Shown here: one piece after another, positions 1 through 8,984 of the stretch | Position numbering within the stretch: position 1 is the first letter of the stretch | Layout of the letters: every line of letters starts with the position of its first letter | Source: Clostridiales bacterium | Lineage (GTDB): Bacteria; Bacillota; Clostridia; Christensenellales; CAG-138 | Reading direction: 5' to 3' | Assembly: GCA_015056105.1 (NCBI GenBank) | Contig: SVGX01000001.1 | Span: 33,023-97,022, forward strand | DNA: 64,000 nucleotides | Program-made: the position numbers and the translations under genes | Notes under the pieces: model-generated | What the model was told of the DNA's origin: nothing | The model's input: the letters and a program-made list of their open reading frames with translations, nothing else | The model's database searches: none

Positions 1-2
1 GG

Positions 3-119
3 CTGCCTGTTGGCGTGCTCGATATGGACAGTCCTGTTTTCGACCGCTTTTCCGAGGCGGATGAGGCGGTTTTGACCGCCTGTGTCAGGGAACTTGAAGC
101 GATCCTTTTCCGTGGTTGA
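3..119 (+). CDS. 3' end of an unidentified upstream gene (partial; ...DSPVFDRFSEADEAVLTACVRELEAILFRG*)
   Basis: Frame 3 is open from the window edge to TGA at 117-119 with host-like codons. It is too short to identify, and frame 1 is also open to 73-75, so the frame choice is uncertain. Confidence 0.3.
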   Translation: MPVGVLDMDSPVFDRFSEADEAVLTACVRELEAILFRG

Positions 120-144
120 CAATTCTTTTCGCCGCGGATATAAT
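116..144 (+). promoter_or_regulatory. sigma-A-type promoter of the hisS-aspS leader
   Basis: TTGACA (116-121), a 17-nt spacer, then TATAAT (139-144), read directly. Confidence 0.6.
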
Positions 145-149
145 GCAAA

Positions 150-405
150 AAGATGAGAATGACAAAATAGGCGTTGAGCGGAAAAGTAGCGTTTTTTCAA
201 CCGCAAAGAGAGGGTGGTCACCGGCTGAAAGCCGCCCCGGAAGAAACTGCGTGAAAGACAGCCGTGAGCCGCCATGCTGATAAGGCATGGCCGTATTGCC
301 GGCGTTAACGGCCTCAAGCGGCGTGCGCTTCTGCGCGCGCAAGCAAGGGTGGCACCGCGGGTTTCCCGTCCCTTTTGTTCGAAGGACGGAAAACCCTTGT
401 TTTAT
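150..405 (+). promoter_or_regulatory. T-box riboswitch leader with intrinsic terminator, controlling hisS-aspS
   Basis: T-box sequence AAGGGTGGCACCGCGGG lies at 344-361. The terminator is GGGTTTCCCGTCC...GGACGGAAAACCC (359-396) followed by TTGTTTTAT. A GATGAGAATGA K-turn-like motif sits at 152-162 and AGAGAG at 212-217. Confidence 0.85.
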
Positions 406-435
406 ATTTGAAACTATGCAGTAAGGAGAAACAGG

Positions 436-1698
436 ATGCAGTATCAGGTACCCAAGGGGATGCGTGATGTGACCCCCAAGGAAAGCTACAAGTGGCAGTA
501 TATCGAAGGCATTATCCGTGACCTTTGCGAGGTCTACGGCTTCAACGAGACCCGTACCCCGGTGCTCGAGCATACGGAGCTTTTCCTTCGCTCCGTGGGC
601 GACACTACGGATGTTGTACAGAAGGAAATGTATACCTTTACCGATAAGGGCGACCGCTCCGTGACTCTCAAGCCCGAAGGCACCGCCGGCGTTGCCCGCA
701 TGTTCATGGAAGCGAAGCTGTTCAATGAGGCACAGCCCACAAAAATGTATTACCTCACCTGCCCGGTGTTCCGCTATGAAAAACCCCAGGCAGGCCGTCT
801 CAGGGAGCACCACCAGTTTGGCGTGGAGGTTTACGGCGCGCCCCGTGCAAGCGTGGATGCGGAGTGTATCTCCATCGCGCTCAAGCTTTTTGAGACGCTT
901 GGCATCAGCGGTCTCAGCGTCAATGTAAACAGCATCGGCTGCCCCAACTGCCGTCCTGCTTACAACGAAAAGCTGAAGCAGTATCTTGCTGCCAACTATG
1001 ATGACCTTTGCGAGACCTGCCGTACCCGCTTTGAGAAGAACCCCCTGCGCATCCTTGACTGCAAAGAGGAAAAGTGCAAGAAGATCACCGCGGGCGCACC
1101 GAAGATGCTCGACTGCCTCTGCGATGACTGCGCGAACCACTTTGAAGAGCTCAAGAGTGCCCTTGAAGCCATGGGTATTGCCTACAATGTGGATCCGATG
1201 ATCGTCCGCGGCCTTGACTATTACACCAAGACCGTCTTTGAGATCATTTCCACCGAAGGCCAGTTCAAGGGTACCGTCTGCGGCGGCGGCCGGTACGACG
1301 GCCTCCTCGAACAGCTTGGCGGCCCGAAGATGCCCGGTGTGGGCTTCGGCCTTGGCATGGAAAGGCTGCTGCTTGTGGCGGAATCTTTCCGTCCCATCCC
1401 GCTGCCGCGCCCCGTGGGCGTCTACATTGCCGCCATGGGCGAAGCTGCCCGCAAAGAGGGCATGCGCCTTGTGAAGGAGCTGCGCGATGAAAACGTAAAG
1501 GCAGAGTTTGACCACGTTGGCAAGAGCTTCAAGGCCCAGTTCAAGTATGCGGACAAGCTTGGCGCAAGGTTCGTCGCCATCCTTGGCGATTCGGAGATCG
1601 AGCAGGGCATCGCAAAGCTCAAGAACATGGAAAAGGGTGAGGAGTTGACCGTTCCCCTTTCCAAATTTGTTGCTACCGTCAAAAATATCCTCGCATAA
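436..1698 (+). CDS. hisS: histidine--tRNA ligase
   Basis: The 420-aa translation is typical class II HisRS (MQYQVPKGMRD...RYEKPQAGRLREHHQFG...GGGRYDGL). The SD AAGGAGA lies 7 nt upstream. Confidence 0.95.
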   Translation: MQYQVPKGMRDVTPKESYKWQYIEGIIRDLCEVYGFNETRTPVLEHTELFLRSVGDTTDVVQKEMYTFTDKGDRSVTLKPEGTAGVARMFMEAKLFNEAQPTKMYYLTCPVFRYEKPQAGRLREHHQFGVEVYGAPRASVDAECISIALKLFETLGISGLSVNVNSIGCPNCRPAYNEKLKQYLAANYDDLCETCRTRFEKNPLRILDCKEEKCKKITAGAPKMLDCLCDDCANHFEELKSALEAMGIAYNVDPMIVRGLDYYTKTVFEIISTEGQFKGTVCGGGRYDGLLEQLGGPKMPGVGFGLGMERLLLVAESFRPIPLPRPVGVYIAAMGEAARKEGMRLVKELRDENVKAEFDHVGKSFKAQFKYADKLGARFVAILGDSEIEQGIAKLKNMEKGEELTVPLSKFVATVKNILA

Positions 1699-1716
1699 AA
1701 GAAAAGGAGAATTCAT

Positions 1717-3510
1717 ATGGCAGAATTGATGCAGGGCTGGAAGCGTACCCACCGGGTGGGTGAACTTACCGCCGAACATGTTGGACAGGAGATCACTTTG
1801 ATGGGTTGGGCCGGCACCTGGCGCAACCTCGGTGCACTCATTTTCATCGGTCTTCGTGACCGCAGCGGCCTGATGCAGGTCGTCTTTAATGAGTCCGATA
1901 TCGCGAAGGATGTTTTTGCCCTTGCAGAGACCATCCGCAGCGAGTATGTCATCGCCGTGAAGGGTACCCTTGCCCGCCGCACCCCCGAAATGGTCAACAA
2001 GGATATGAAGACCGGCGAGTTTGAAGTCATCGCGAAGGAGCTTAAGATCTTCTCCACCGCGCAGACCCCGCCCTTTTACATCGATGACAACGTGAACACC
2101 AAGGAAGATCTTCGTCTGAAGTATCGCTACCTTGACCTTCGCCGTCCCCGTATGCAGGAGATCATGATGATGCGCCACCGCATCTCCCAGATCACCCGCA
2201 GCTATTTCGATGGTGAGGGCTTCCTTGAGATCGAGACCCCCGTTCTCGGCCGCTCTACGCCGGAAGGTGCGCGCGATTACCTTGTACCGAGCCGCGTGCA
2301 TCCGGGCGAATTTTATGCGCTGCCCCAGAGCCCTCAGCAGTTCAAGCAGCTTCTCATGATCGCCGGTTATGACCGCTATTTCCAGCTTGCCCGCTGCTTC
2401 CGCGATGAGGACCTCCGCGCGGATCGTCAGCCGGAATTCACCCAGATCGACGTGGAAATGTCCTTTGTGGATGTGGATGATGTTCTTGCCATCAACGAAG
2501 GCTTCATCGCCCGTCTCCTCAAGGAGATCAAGGGCATCGACCTTGAACTGCCTCTGCGCAGACTCTCCTGGCAGGAAGCCATGGATCGCTTCGGCTCCGA
2601 TAAGCCCGATACCCGCTTCGGCCTTGAGCTTGTGAACGTGACGGATATCGTTAAGGGCTGCGGTTTTGGCGTGTTCACCTCCGCCATCGAAGGCGGCGGC
2701 AGCGTGCGCTGCATCAACGTCAAGGGCGGCGTTGACAAGTTCCCCCGCAAGAAGATTGACGAGCTTGTGGAGTTCGTGAAGATCTACCGTGCCAAGGGCA
2801 TGGCATGGATGAGCCTCAAGCCCGACGGCCTTCAGTGCTCCTTTGCAAAGTTCCTTACCGAAGAGCAGATTGCGGGCATCCGGCAGTCTGCGGGTGCCGA
2901 GACCGGCGATATTCTCTTCTTCGTTGCAGATGCAAAGAACGATGTGGTTTACGCATCCCTCGGCGCCCTCCGCAACGAGATCGCCAAGCGTCTTGATCTG
3001 ATCGATCAGACCAAGTTTGATGTGCTTTGGGTCACCGATTTCCCGCTGCTTGAGTGGGATGAAGAAGACGGCCGCTACGTTGCCTGCCATCATCCCTTCA
3101 CAAGCCCCAAGGATGAAGACATCGAGCTTCTTGATACCGATCCTGCCAAGGCCCATGCAAAGGCCTACGATATGGTCATCAACGGCTATGAGGCTGGCGG
3201 CGGCTCCATCCGTATCCATTCCTCCGAGCTGCAGGAAAAGATGTTCGAGACTATTGGCTTTACCCAGGAGCAGGCCCACGAGCGCTTCGGTTACTTCATC
3301 GATGCCTTCAAGTACGGCACGCCTCCCCATGGCGGCATCGCCTACGGCCTCGACCGTCTTGTGATGCTCATGACCGGCACCACCAACATCCGCGACGTCA
3401 TCGCATTCCCGAAGGTGCAAACCGCATCCTGTCTGATGACCGATGCCCCCAATGTGGTGGAAGACAAGCAGCTCGCCGAGCTCCACATCAAGACCGTTAG
3501 CGAAGAATAA
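1717..3510 (+). CDS. aspS: aspartate--tRNA ligase
   Basis: The 597-aa translation has an OB-fold N-terminus, FRDEDLRADRQPEFTQID, GGGSIRIH and an AFPK tail. It is adjacent to hisS as in other Firmicutes. Confidence 0.95.
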   Translation: MAELMQGWKRTHRVGELTAEHVGQEITLMGWAGTWRNLGALIFIGLRDRSGLMQVVFNESDIAKDVFALAETIRSEYVIAVKGTLARRTPEMVNKDMKTGEFEVIAKELKIFSTAQTPPFYIDDNVNTKEDLRLKYRYLDLRRPRMQEIMMMRHRISQITRSYFDGEGFLEIETPVLGRSTPEGARDYLVPSRVHPGEFYALPQSPQQFKQLLMIAGYDRYFQLARCFRDEDLRADRQPEFTQIDVEMSFVDVDDVLAINEGFIARLLKEIKGIDLELPLRRLSWQEAMDRFGSDKPDTRFGLELVNVTDIVKGCGFGVFTSAIEGGGSVRCINVKGGVDKFPRKKIDELVEFVKIYRAKGMAWMSLKPDGLQCSFAKFLTEEQIAGIRQSAGAETGDILFFVADAKNDVVYASLGALRNEIAKRLDLIDQTKFDVLWVTDFPLLEWDEEDGRYVACHHPFTSPKDEDIELLDTDPAKAHAKAYDMVINGYEAGGGSIRIHSSELQEKMFETIGFTQEQAHERFGYFIDAFKYGTPPHGGIAYGLDRLVMLMTGTTNIRDVIAFPKVQTASCLMTDAPNVVEDKQLAELHIKTVSEE

Positions 3511-3576
3511 CGAACGATAAGAACAATAAAAAGAAGCTCCCGAATCTTTCTTTGGGTGCTTCTTTGCTCTATGCAT

Positions 3577-3621
3577 AAAAGGCAGCGCTTTATTGGGATA
3601 CCCCTTTTCGCGCTGCCTTTT
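3577..3621. terminator. bidirectional hairpin terminator between aspS and the convergent GNAT gene
   Basis: AAAAGGCAGCGC...GCGCTGCCTTTT: an 8-bp GC-rich stem flanked by an A-run and a T-run. Confidence 0.6.
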
Positions 3622-3628
3622 GATCGTT

Positions 3629-4153
3629 TCAGCTTTCCATTACTGTATCCCGAAGGAAAACAAAGAAATCGCGGTAGGTTTCTTCGCTGATCGGTTCGGG
3701 TGCTGACATCACCACAAGGGCGTGTCCCGCATGTCCTTCATGATAGGGCGGATGGATATGCGGATAATGGTTTGCCGCAAAGTCGCAGCGTTCATAGAAA
3801 CCCTTTCTGCGGCGGGAAATGTCATCAACGGGTGGATCGATCTCAAGGATCACGGGCTTTCCATTATCAAGAAGCAGCTTGAGCGCGCGGCTTCCGAAAC
3901 CACGGTTGCGAAGCGCCGGCAGGATACAGAAATGCTCCACGTAGATGAGCCTTTCCGTTTCCCAGCAAAGAATGAGTCCGACAAACGCATTCCTCTCATC
4001 AAACAGCGCAAGAAAGTGATAATTCGGATGCGCCATAATGCTGCGCTGGGATTTTTCTTCCCGCTGTTCGTGAAAGGGAAAGCTTTCCTGATAAAGGGAT
4101 ATAGCGGTTTCAAACAGGGGATGTTCCGCCGTGGTAATGCGTTCGGTGTGCAT
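3629..4153 (-). CDS. GNAT-family N-acetyltransferase
   Basis: 174 aa with the acetyl-CoA motif LRNRGFGSRAL. An SD GGAGG lies upstream, and the gene sits 28 nt downstream of the methyltransferase gene on the same strand. Confidence 0.75.
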   Translation of the reverse strand: MHTERITTAEHPLFETAISLYQESFPFHEQREEKSQRSIMAHPNYHFLALFDERNAFVGLILCWETERLIYVEHFCILPALRNRGFGSRALKLLLDNGKPVILEIDPPVDDISRRRKGFYERCDFAANHYPHIHPPYHEGHAGHALVVMSAPEPISEETYRDFFVFLRDTVMES

Positions 4154-4181
4154 GGTACCTCCGCAAGGTCAAGTTACAGCG

Positions 4182-5378
4182 TCAGAGTGCAGCAAAGGAT
4201 ACGTTACCCGCATGGTCGGAAAAAACTGCATACAGCGGGGCATCTGTGGCGGGAATGGTCATCACAGCGCCTTGTTTCGGCAAAAGGGCATAGGTAAAGG
4301 GACGGAAGAAATAATCTTCCCCTATGGCGCCGATGGCAAGATAGGCGATATCCGCATCCTTGCTGCCCGCATAAACAGCTTTGATCCCCACTTCCTGTTT
4401 GCTGAGACGGATGTTTGCTTTTGACGCCGCTGCGGGGGCGCTTTCGTAGCGGATGGTGAGCTGATGGCTTCCGTCAAAGAATGTGGGCTCGCTTCGTCCC
4501 ACAAGCTGCCTTGCGCGCAGCAACTGCATCGCGATCGGGGAAGCATCCGCTGCAAGAAAACGGCGGCCAAGCTTTGCTGCCACCGCGGCGGTGGTGCCGC
4601 TGCCGGAGAAAAGATCGCACACAATGTCGCCGGGCCGCGAAGAAGAAAGTATGATGCGCCTGAGGAGCGCTTCGGGCTTCTGCGTACCGAAACCTGTGCG
4701 CTCCGGATCGCGCTGGTGCAGGTGCTCAATGTCATCCCAAACATCACTGGGGAAGATAGGCGTATCCTCATAATAGGTATAGGTCTTGCCGCCGCTGCGG
4801 ATAGAAAAACAGACCCTGCCAAGCTCATCCACGGTGCGCTTCATATTGTTTCGCTTTTGCGGACCGCGGGGGATGCCCACGGCAGTAATATCAAAATAAA
4901 CGGATTTTGATTTGCGGTAAAACAGGATCACATCGTGCTTGCGGGAGAAATGCTTTGTGCTGCGCCCGCCGGATTTGTATGCCCAAATGATCTCGTTCAT
5001 GAAATTTTTTTCGCCGAAGATCTCGTCAAGCATCAAACGAAGGTAGGGGCTCATGCGGTAATCAATGTGCAGATACAGCGATCCTTCAGGGGTAAGCATA
5101 TTGTGGCAGGCGGTGAGCACGCTGCGCATCATGGCAAGGTAATCTTCCCGGGAAAGCTTATCGGAATAGGCGGGAAGGGTCAGCTTCTTTTTTCCTGTGC
5201 TGAGCTTCACGGAAAAGGTATCGCCGGTGCCGAAGGGCGGGTCGAGGTAAATAAGCTGCACCTTGCCTTCATATTCCGAAGCAAGGGCCTCACTAAGCTG
5301 CTCCGCACGGCCGCCGAGAAAGATGCCCGGGCCGCCGGTAGGAAGGATCTCGCCTTTTATGCCTGCGATCCTGTTCAT
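4182..5378 (-). CDS. site-specific DNA methyltransferase (beta-class N6-adenine/N4-cytosine type), no adjacent restriction gene
   Basis: 398 aa. Motif IV DPPF (LIYLDPPFGTGDTF) precedes motif I (DLFSGSGTTAAVAAKLGRRF), the order seen in beta-class amino-MTases. About 100 aa of unassigned C-terminal extension follow. Confidence 0.85.
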   Translation of the reverse strand: MNRIAGIKGEILPTGGPGIFLGGRAEQLSEALASEYEGKVQLIYLDPPFGTGDTFSVKLSTGKKKLTLPAYSDKLSREDYLAMMRSVLTACHNMLTPEGSLYLHIDYRMSPYLRLMLDEIFGEKNFMNEIIWAYKSGGRSTKHFSRKHDVILFYRKSKSVYFDITAVGIPRGPQKRNNMKRTVDELGRVCFSIRSGGKTYTYYEDTPIFPSDVWDDIEHLHQRDPERTGFGTQKPEALLRRIILSSSRPGDIVCDLFSGSGTTAAVAAKLGRRFLAADASPIAMQLLRARQLVGRSEPTFFDGSHQLTIRYESAPAAASKANIRLSKQEVGIKAVYAGSKDADIAYLAIGAIGEDYFFRPFTYALLPKQGAVMTIPATDAPLYAVFSDHAGNVSFAAL

Positions 5379-5400
5379 GGTTGCCTCCTTTTCGCATAGA

Positions 5401-5427
5401 ACAAAACCCTTCGGGCACGCCGAAGGG
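5401..5427 (-). terminator. intrinsic terminator after the GntR-family gene
   Basis: On the minus strand: CCCTTCGG-CGTGC-CCGAAGGG followed by TTTTGT. Confidence 0.65.
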
Positions 5428-5441
5428 AAGTCGGATATTTT

Positions 5442-6098
5442 TTATTGCTGTTCGTGGTTCGTGCGCCTGCTGTGGGCGTTGGTAACATGGTCCTCCATGC
5501 GTGCTTTGGCAAGCGCCGGCTCATGGCGCTCAATGGCTTCAAAAATGGCACGGTGCTCCGCAAGGGAGTGGGAGGGGCGTTCCGGTGCGGTAAGCGAGGT
5601 GCGCCTTGCACGGCGGGAATTCTGGTGCAGCGTGGTGAGGATCTGACGGAGGATGCGGCTGTCGCTGGCGGAAAAAAGCACTTCGTGAAATTCGGTGTCA
5701 AGGCGCGCAAGGTTTGCCGCATCGTTTTTGCGGGTGTACATTTCCATCAGCTCTACGATCTCGGTAAGCCGCGCAAGATTGGCCTCATCAATGCGCTCTG
5801 CTGCCCAGTAGGCGGCCTGCCCTTCAAGAAGGTGACGCACGGTGAAAATATCGTCGATATCGTGGCTGGACATACCTTGTACCATCATGCCCCGGTTGGG
5901 GATGGAGATCACAAGGCCTTCAAGTTCAAGCTGCTTGAGGGCTTCGCGTACGGGGGTACGGCTGACATCAAGCTCTTCGGCAAGCTTTGTTTCCACAAGG
6001 TAGCTTCCCGTGCTGTAGCGGCCTTCGATGATGTCGTCCCGAATGTGGGTATAGACCTTGGCAGTCAGGGACTGCTTGTCGTTTAAATCAAAAAACAT
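5442..6098 (-). CDS. GntR-family transcriptional regulator (FadR/FCD-type C-terminal domain)
   Basis: 218 aa with an N-terminal winged-HTH (LVETKLAEELDVSRTPVREALKQLELEGLV) and a helical C-terminal domain. The SD is GGAGG. Confidence 0.85.
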   Translation of the reverse strand: MFFDLNDKQSLTAKVYTHIRDDIIEGRYSTGSYLVETKLAEELDVSRTPVREALKQLELEGLVISIPNRGMMVQGMSSHDIDDIFTVRHLLEGQAAYWAAERIDEANLARLTEIVELMEMYTRKNDAANLARLDTEFHEVLFSASDSRILRQILTTLHQNSRRARRTSLTAPERPSHSLAEHRAIFEAIERHEPALAKARMEDHVTNAHSRRTNHEQQ

Positions 6099-6314
6099 AG
6101 GGAAATCCTCCGTTTCATCTTATTATTTTAGAATAAACCGATGAAAAATGCAAGACTTATGCATGTATACATGCACTTTGTTTTTGTAACCAAAAGAAAA
6201 GGGGTGTATTTAAAAAACATACGGATGCGAAAGACAAAACTGCGGCATGTTAAAGGAAACATCGTCTTATATGCCGCACGGCATAAGATGGGGCAGAACT
6301 TATGGAAGGGAAGG

Positions 6315-7691
6315 ATGAAAATGAGCAAGCGGGCCTGTTTGCTTTTTGTTATCGCTTGGGCGGCGTTGTTTTTCGGCTGCGGAAGAAAGGAATATATGGA
6401 TGTTGCGGAAGCTGTCCGCGTGGGGGCTGTGCTTGGTGAGAACATCCTGATCGACGGCATTGAGGTTTCGGGCATGGGCGTGGCACAGGCAAGAAAGCTG
6501 CTGCTTGCACAGCACCGGGAAGAGCTTGGAGACCTGCAGTATGAGCTGAGAGCGGGCGAAAAGACCGCTGTGCGCAATGCGGCGGAGCTGGGTGCAGGCT
6601 TTGATGTGGATACAGCTCTTCTTGAAGCGCTGGCACTGCATACGCATTATCCTTCCAACAACATACCGCGCAGCGTGGAAAGCGGCTTTTTCATTGACGG
6701 ATATGCGCTTCGAAAGGAAGCAGAAAAGATCGCGGCAGTACTTTCCGCCGCACCCACAGACGCTTCCGCCCTTTACGACAGGGAGCAGGGCGGATTCATC
6801 TATACGGCGGATGTAAAGGGACAAAGTGTTTCTGCGGAGGAACTTGAAGCTCTTGTGTCGGAAGCCCTTGAAACGGGCGTTTCCGGGTCGCTGGAAGCGC
6901 CGTATGCGGTTATGGATGCTGCCTATACCCTTGCGGATGCAAAGGCGGATACGACTCTTATCGCAAGTTTTTTTACATCCTTTGCCGGGAAGACCTACAG
7001 CAAGGCAGGCCGGGTATTCAATATTGAAAAAGCAGCTTCCCTGATCAACGGCACGACCCTTCTTCCCGGTGCGGAATTTGATATGAATGCGATCCTTGGT
7101 CCAAGAAACGGCGAAAACGGCTGGAAGGAAGCGACAGGGATCCGGGATGCGGTATATGTGCAGGAATACGGCGGCGGTGTCTGCCAGGTATCGAGCACAC
7201 TGTACAATGCGGTGTTGATGGCGGATCTTGCCGTGACAGAGCGGGTACACCATTCCTGGCCCCTCGGCTATATCGATATCGGGCGGGATGCGACTATCAG
7301 CACAGGCGGGCCGAACTTTCGCTTTGTCAACAGTGGGGAAGCACCCGTTACCGTCTGTGCATCTGTAGACCGGGAAAAACAAACGGTCACCGTATCACTT
7401 TACGGCCGCGCACTGCCGGAGGGAACAAGCATCAAAATCAAATCGGAAAAGCTGGAGACGCTGCCGGAACCCGAAGTGGAATATATAACGGATGATACGC
7501 TGTCACCGGGAGAACTGCAGGTGGTGCGTGAGCCCAGGCGCGGCAGTATTTCCGTTACATACAAGGAATATTACGATGCGGAGGGAAAGCTGATCAAGCG
7601 GGAACAGGTCACAAAGGATAAGTACCGATCCATTTCCGGCATCACGCATGTGGGCCCCGTGCTTTCCGTGCCGGAGGAAGCAGGCGCATAA
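6315..7691 (+). CDS. VanW-domain protein with lipoprotein-type signal and C-terminal G5-like domain
   Basis: The start was trimmed to ATG 6315 (MKMSKRACLLFVIAWAALFFGCG lipobox) with an SD GGAAGGGAAGG. The VanW core is GGGVCQVSSTLYNAV...HSWPLGYIDIGRDATI. Confidence 0.85.
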   Translation: MKMSKRACLLFVIAWAALFFGCGRKEYMDVAEAVRVGAVLGENILIDGIEVSGMGVAQARKLLLAQHREELGDLQYELRAGEKTAVRNAAELGAGFDVDTALLEALALHTHYPSNNIPRSVESGFFIDGYALRKEAEKIAAVLSAAPTDASALYDREQGGFIYTADVKGQSVSAEELEALVSEALETGVSGSLEAPYAVMDAAYTLADAKADTTLIASFFTSFAGKTYSKAGRVFNIEKAASLINGTTLLPGAEFDMNAILGPRNGENGWKEATGIRDAVYVQEYGGGVCQVSSTLYNAVLMADLAVTERVHHSWPLGYIDIGRDATISTGGPNFRFVNSGEAPVTVCASVDREKQTVTVSLYGRALPEGTSIKIKSEKLETLPEPEVEYITDDTLSPGELQVVREPRRGSISVTYKEYYDAEGKLIKREQVTKDKYRSISGITHVGPVLSVPEEAGA

Positions 7692-7721
7692 AAAAAGCAG
7701 GCTGCGGTGCAGCCTGCTTTT
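7690..7721. terminator. bidirectional terminator between convergent VanW and aminotransferase genes
   Basis: AAAAAAGCAGGCTGC-GGT-GCAGCCTGCTTTT: a perfect 9-bp stem. Confidence 0.8.
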
Positions 7722-7735
7722 GCGGGTTGTAAAGC

Positions 7736-8932
7736 TTATTTCTTGAGCTCGTTGTACTTCTTGATACCCATGGCAAGAAGATCCATGGCGCGCTCGATAT
7801 CAGCCTTGTTGAGGATATAAGCAAGACGGACTTCGTTCTTTCCGCAGCCGGGGGTGGCATAGAAGCCGGCGCCGGGCGCAAACATAACGGTTTCGCCGTT
7901 GTCCTGGAACTCGGTGAGCAGCCAGGTCTGGAAGGCATCGGTATCGTCAACGGGGAGTTTGGCCATCACATAGAAGGCACCCTTGGGCTCCTTGCAGACA
8001 ACGCCGGGGATCTCCTGCAGCTTGGCATAGATGGTGTCGCGGCGGAGCTTGTACTCGGCACGGACGGCATCAAAGTAGCTGGGATCAACGCTGTAAAGCG
8101 CGGTGGAAGCGATCTGGTCCAGGGTTGCAACGGAAAGCCTGGCCTGGGCGATCTTCATGAGCTGCTGCTGCAGTTCCTTGTTACGGGTGATCACGGTGCC
8201 GATACGGGCGCCGCAAGCGCTGAAGCGCTTGGAAACGGAGTCGATCACGATGGCATTCTCGTGGAGGTCATCGAACTGGGCGATGCTCTGGAGGGGCTCG
8301 CCGCCGTAAACGAACTCACGGTAAACTTCGTCACCGATGAGGAAGAGGCCATGCTCCTTCGCGATGTCCGCGATGAGGCGCATTTCTTCGGGCTTAAGGA
8401 CGATGCCGGTGGGGTTGCCGGGGTTGGTGAACATGATCGCGCGGGTCTTTTCGTTGATGAGCGCTTCAATCTTTTCACGGTTCGCGAAGTTGTAGCCTTC
8501 TTCGGCGCTGGTGGTCAGGGGGCGGATGACGCCGCCGGTCAGACGAACGAAGGTGTTGTAGTTGGGATAGAAGGGTTCGGGGATGATGATCTCGTCGCCG
8601 TCGTCAAGGATGCAGTTGAGAACCATGGTGAGGGCTTCGCTGCCGCCGGTGGTGATCATGATGTCGCTGGTCTCAAAGTTGATGTTGAGGTTGGCGTAGT
8701 ACTTCTTGACGGCTTCAATCATCTCCGGGATACCGGGGGAGGGAGCGTAAGCAAGAACGGGCTGCTCAAAGTTCTTGATGGCATCGAAATAGGCCGCAGG
8801 GGTCTCGATGTCAGGCTGGCCGATGTTGAGGGGGTAGATCTTGATGCCCTTCTTCTTGCACTCTACCTGATAGGGGTAGAATTTGCGGATGGGAGAAAGG
8901 TTGCACTGCTGCACTTTGCTGGAGAACTTCAT
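7736..8932 (-). CDS. PLP-dependent aminotransferase, class I (aspartate aminotransferase-like)
   Basis: The start was trimmed to MKFSSKVQQCNLSPIRKF with AGGAGG upstream. The PLP-lysine motif is SVSKRFSACGARIG. Confidence 0.85.
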   Translation of the reverse strand: MKFSSKVQQCNLSPIRKFYPYQVECKKKGIKIYPLNIGQPDIETPAAYFDAIKNFEQPVLAYAPSPGIPEMIEAVKKYYANLNINFETSDIMITTGGSEALTMVLNCILDDGDEIIIPEPFYPNYNTFVRLTGGVIRPLTTSAEEGYNFANREKIEALINEKTRAIMFTNPGNPTGIVLKPEEMRLIADIAKEHGLFLIGDEVYREFVYGGEPLQSIAQFDDLHENAIVIDSVSKRFSACGARIGTVITRNKELQQQLMKIAQARLSVATLDQIASTALYSVDPSYFDAVRAEYKLRRDTIYAKLQEIPGVVCKEPKGAFYVMAKLPVDDTDAFQTWLLTEFQDNGETVMFAPGAGFYATPGCGKNEVRLAYILNKADIERAMDLLAMGIKKYNELKK

Positions 8933-8984
8933 GGAAAACCTCCTGAATATTGTTGGTTGGGGATACGCCCAAATGTAAACTGTT

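Noticed and set aside
85-3576. 1163-aa ORF on the minus strand spanning the whole hisS-aspS region
   Set aside because: It is antisense to two unmistakable aaRS genes. Its composition is Gly/Ala/Arg/His-rich, typical of stop-poor antisense frames in GC-rich DNA, and it has no SD or recognisable motifs.
3629-6098. Search for a restriction endonuclease or specificity subunit partner of the methyltransferase
   Set aside because: The neighbours are a GNAT acetyltransferase and a GntR regulator, and no nuclease-like ORF is present. The MTase is therefore called orphan within this window, though a distant partner cannot be excluded.
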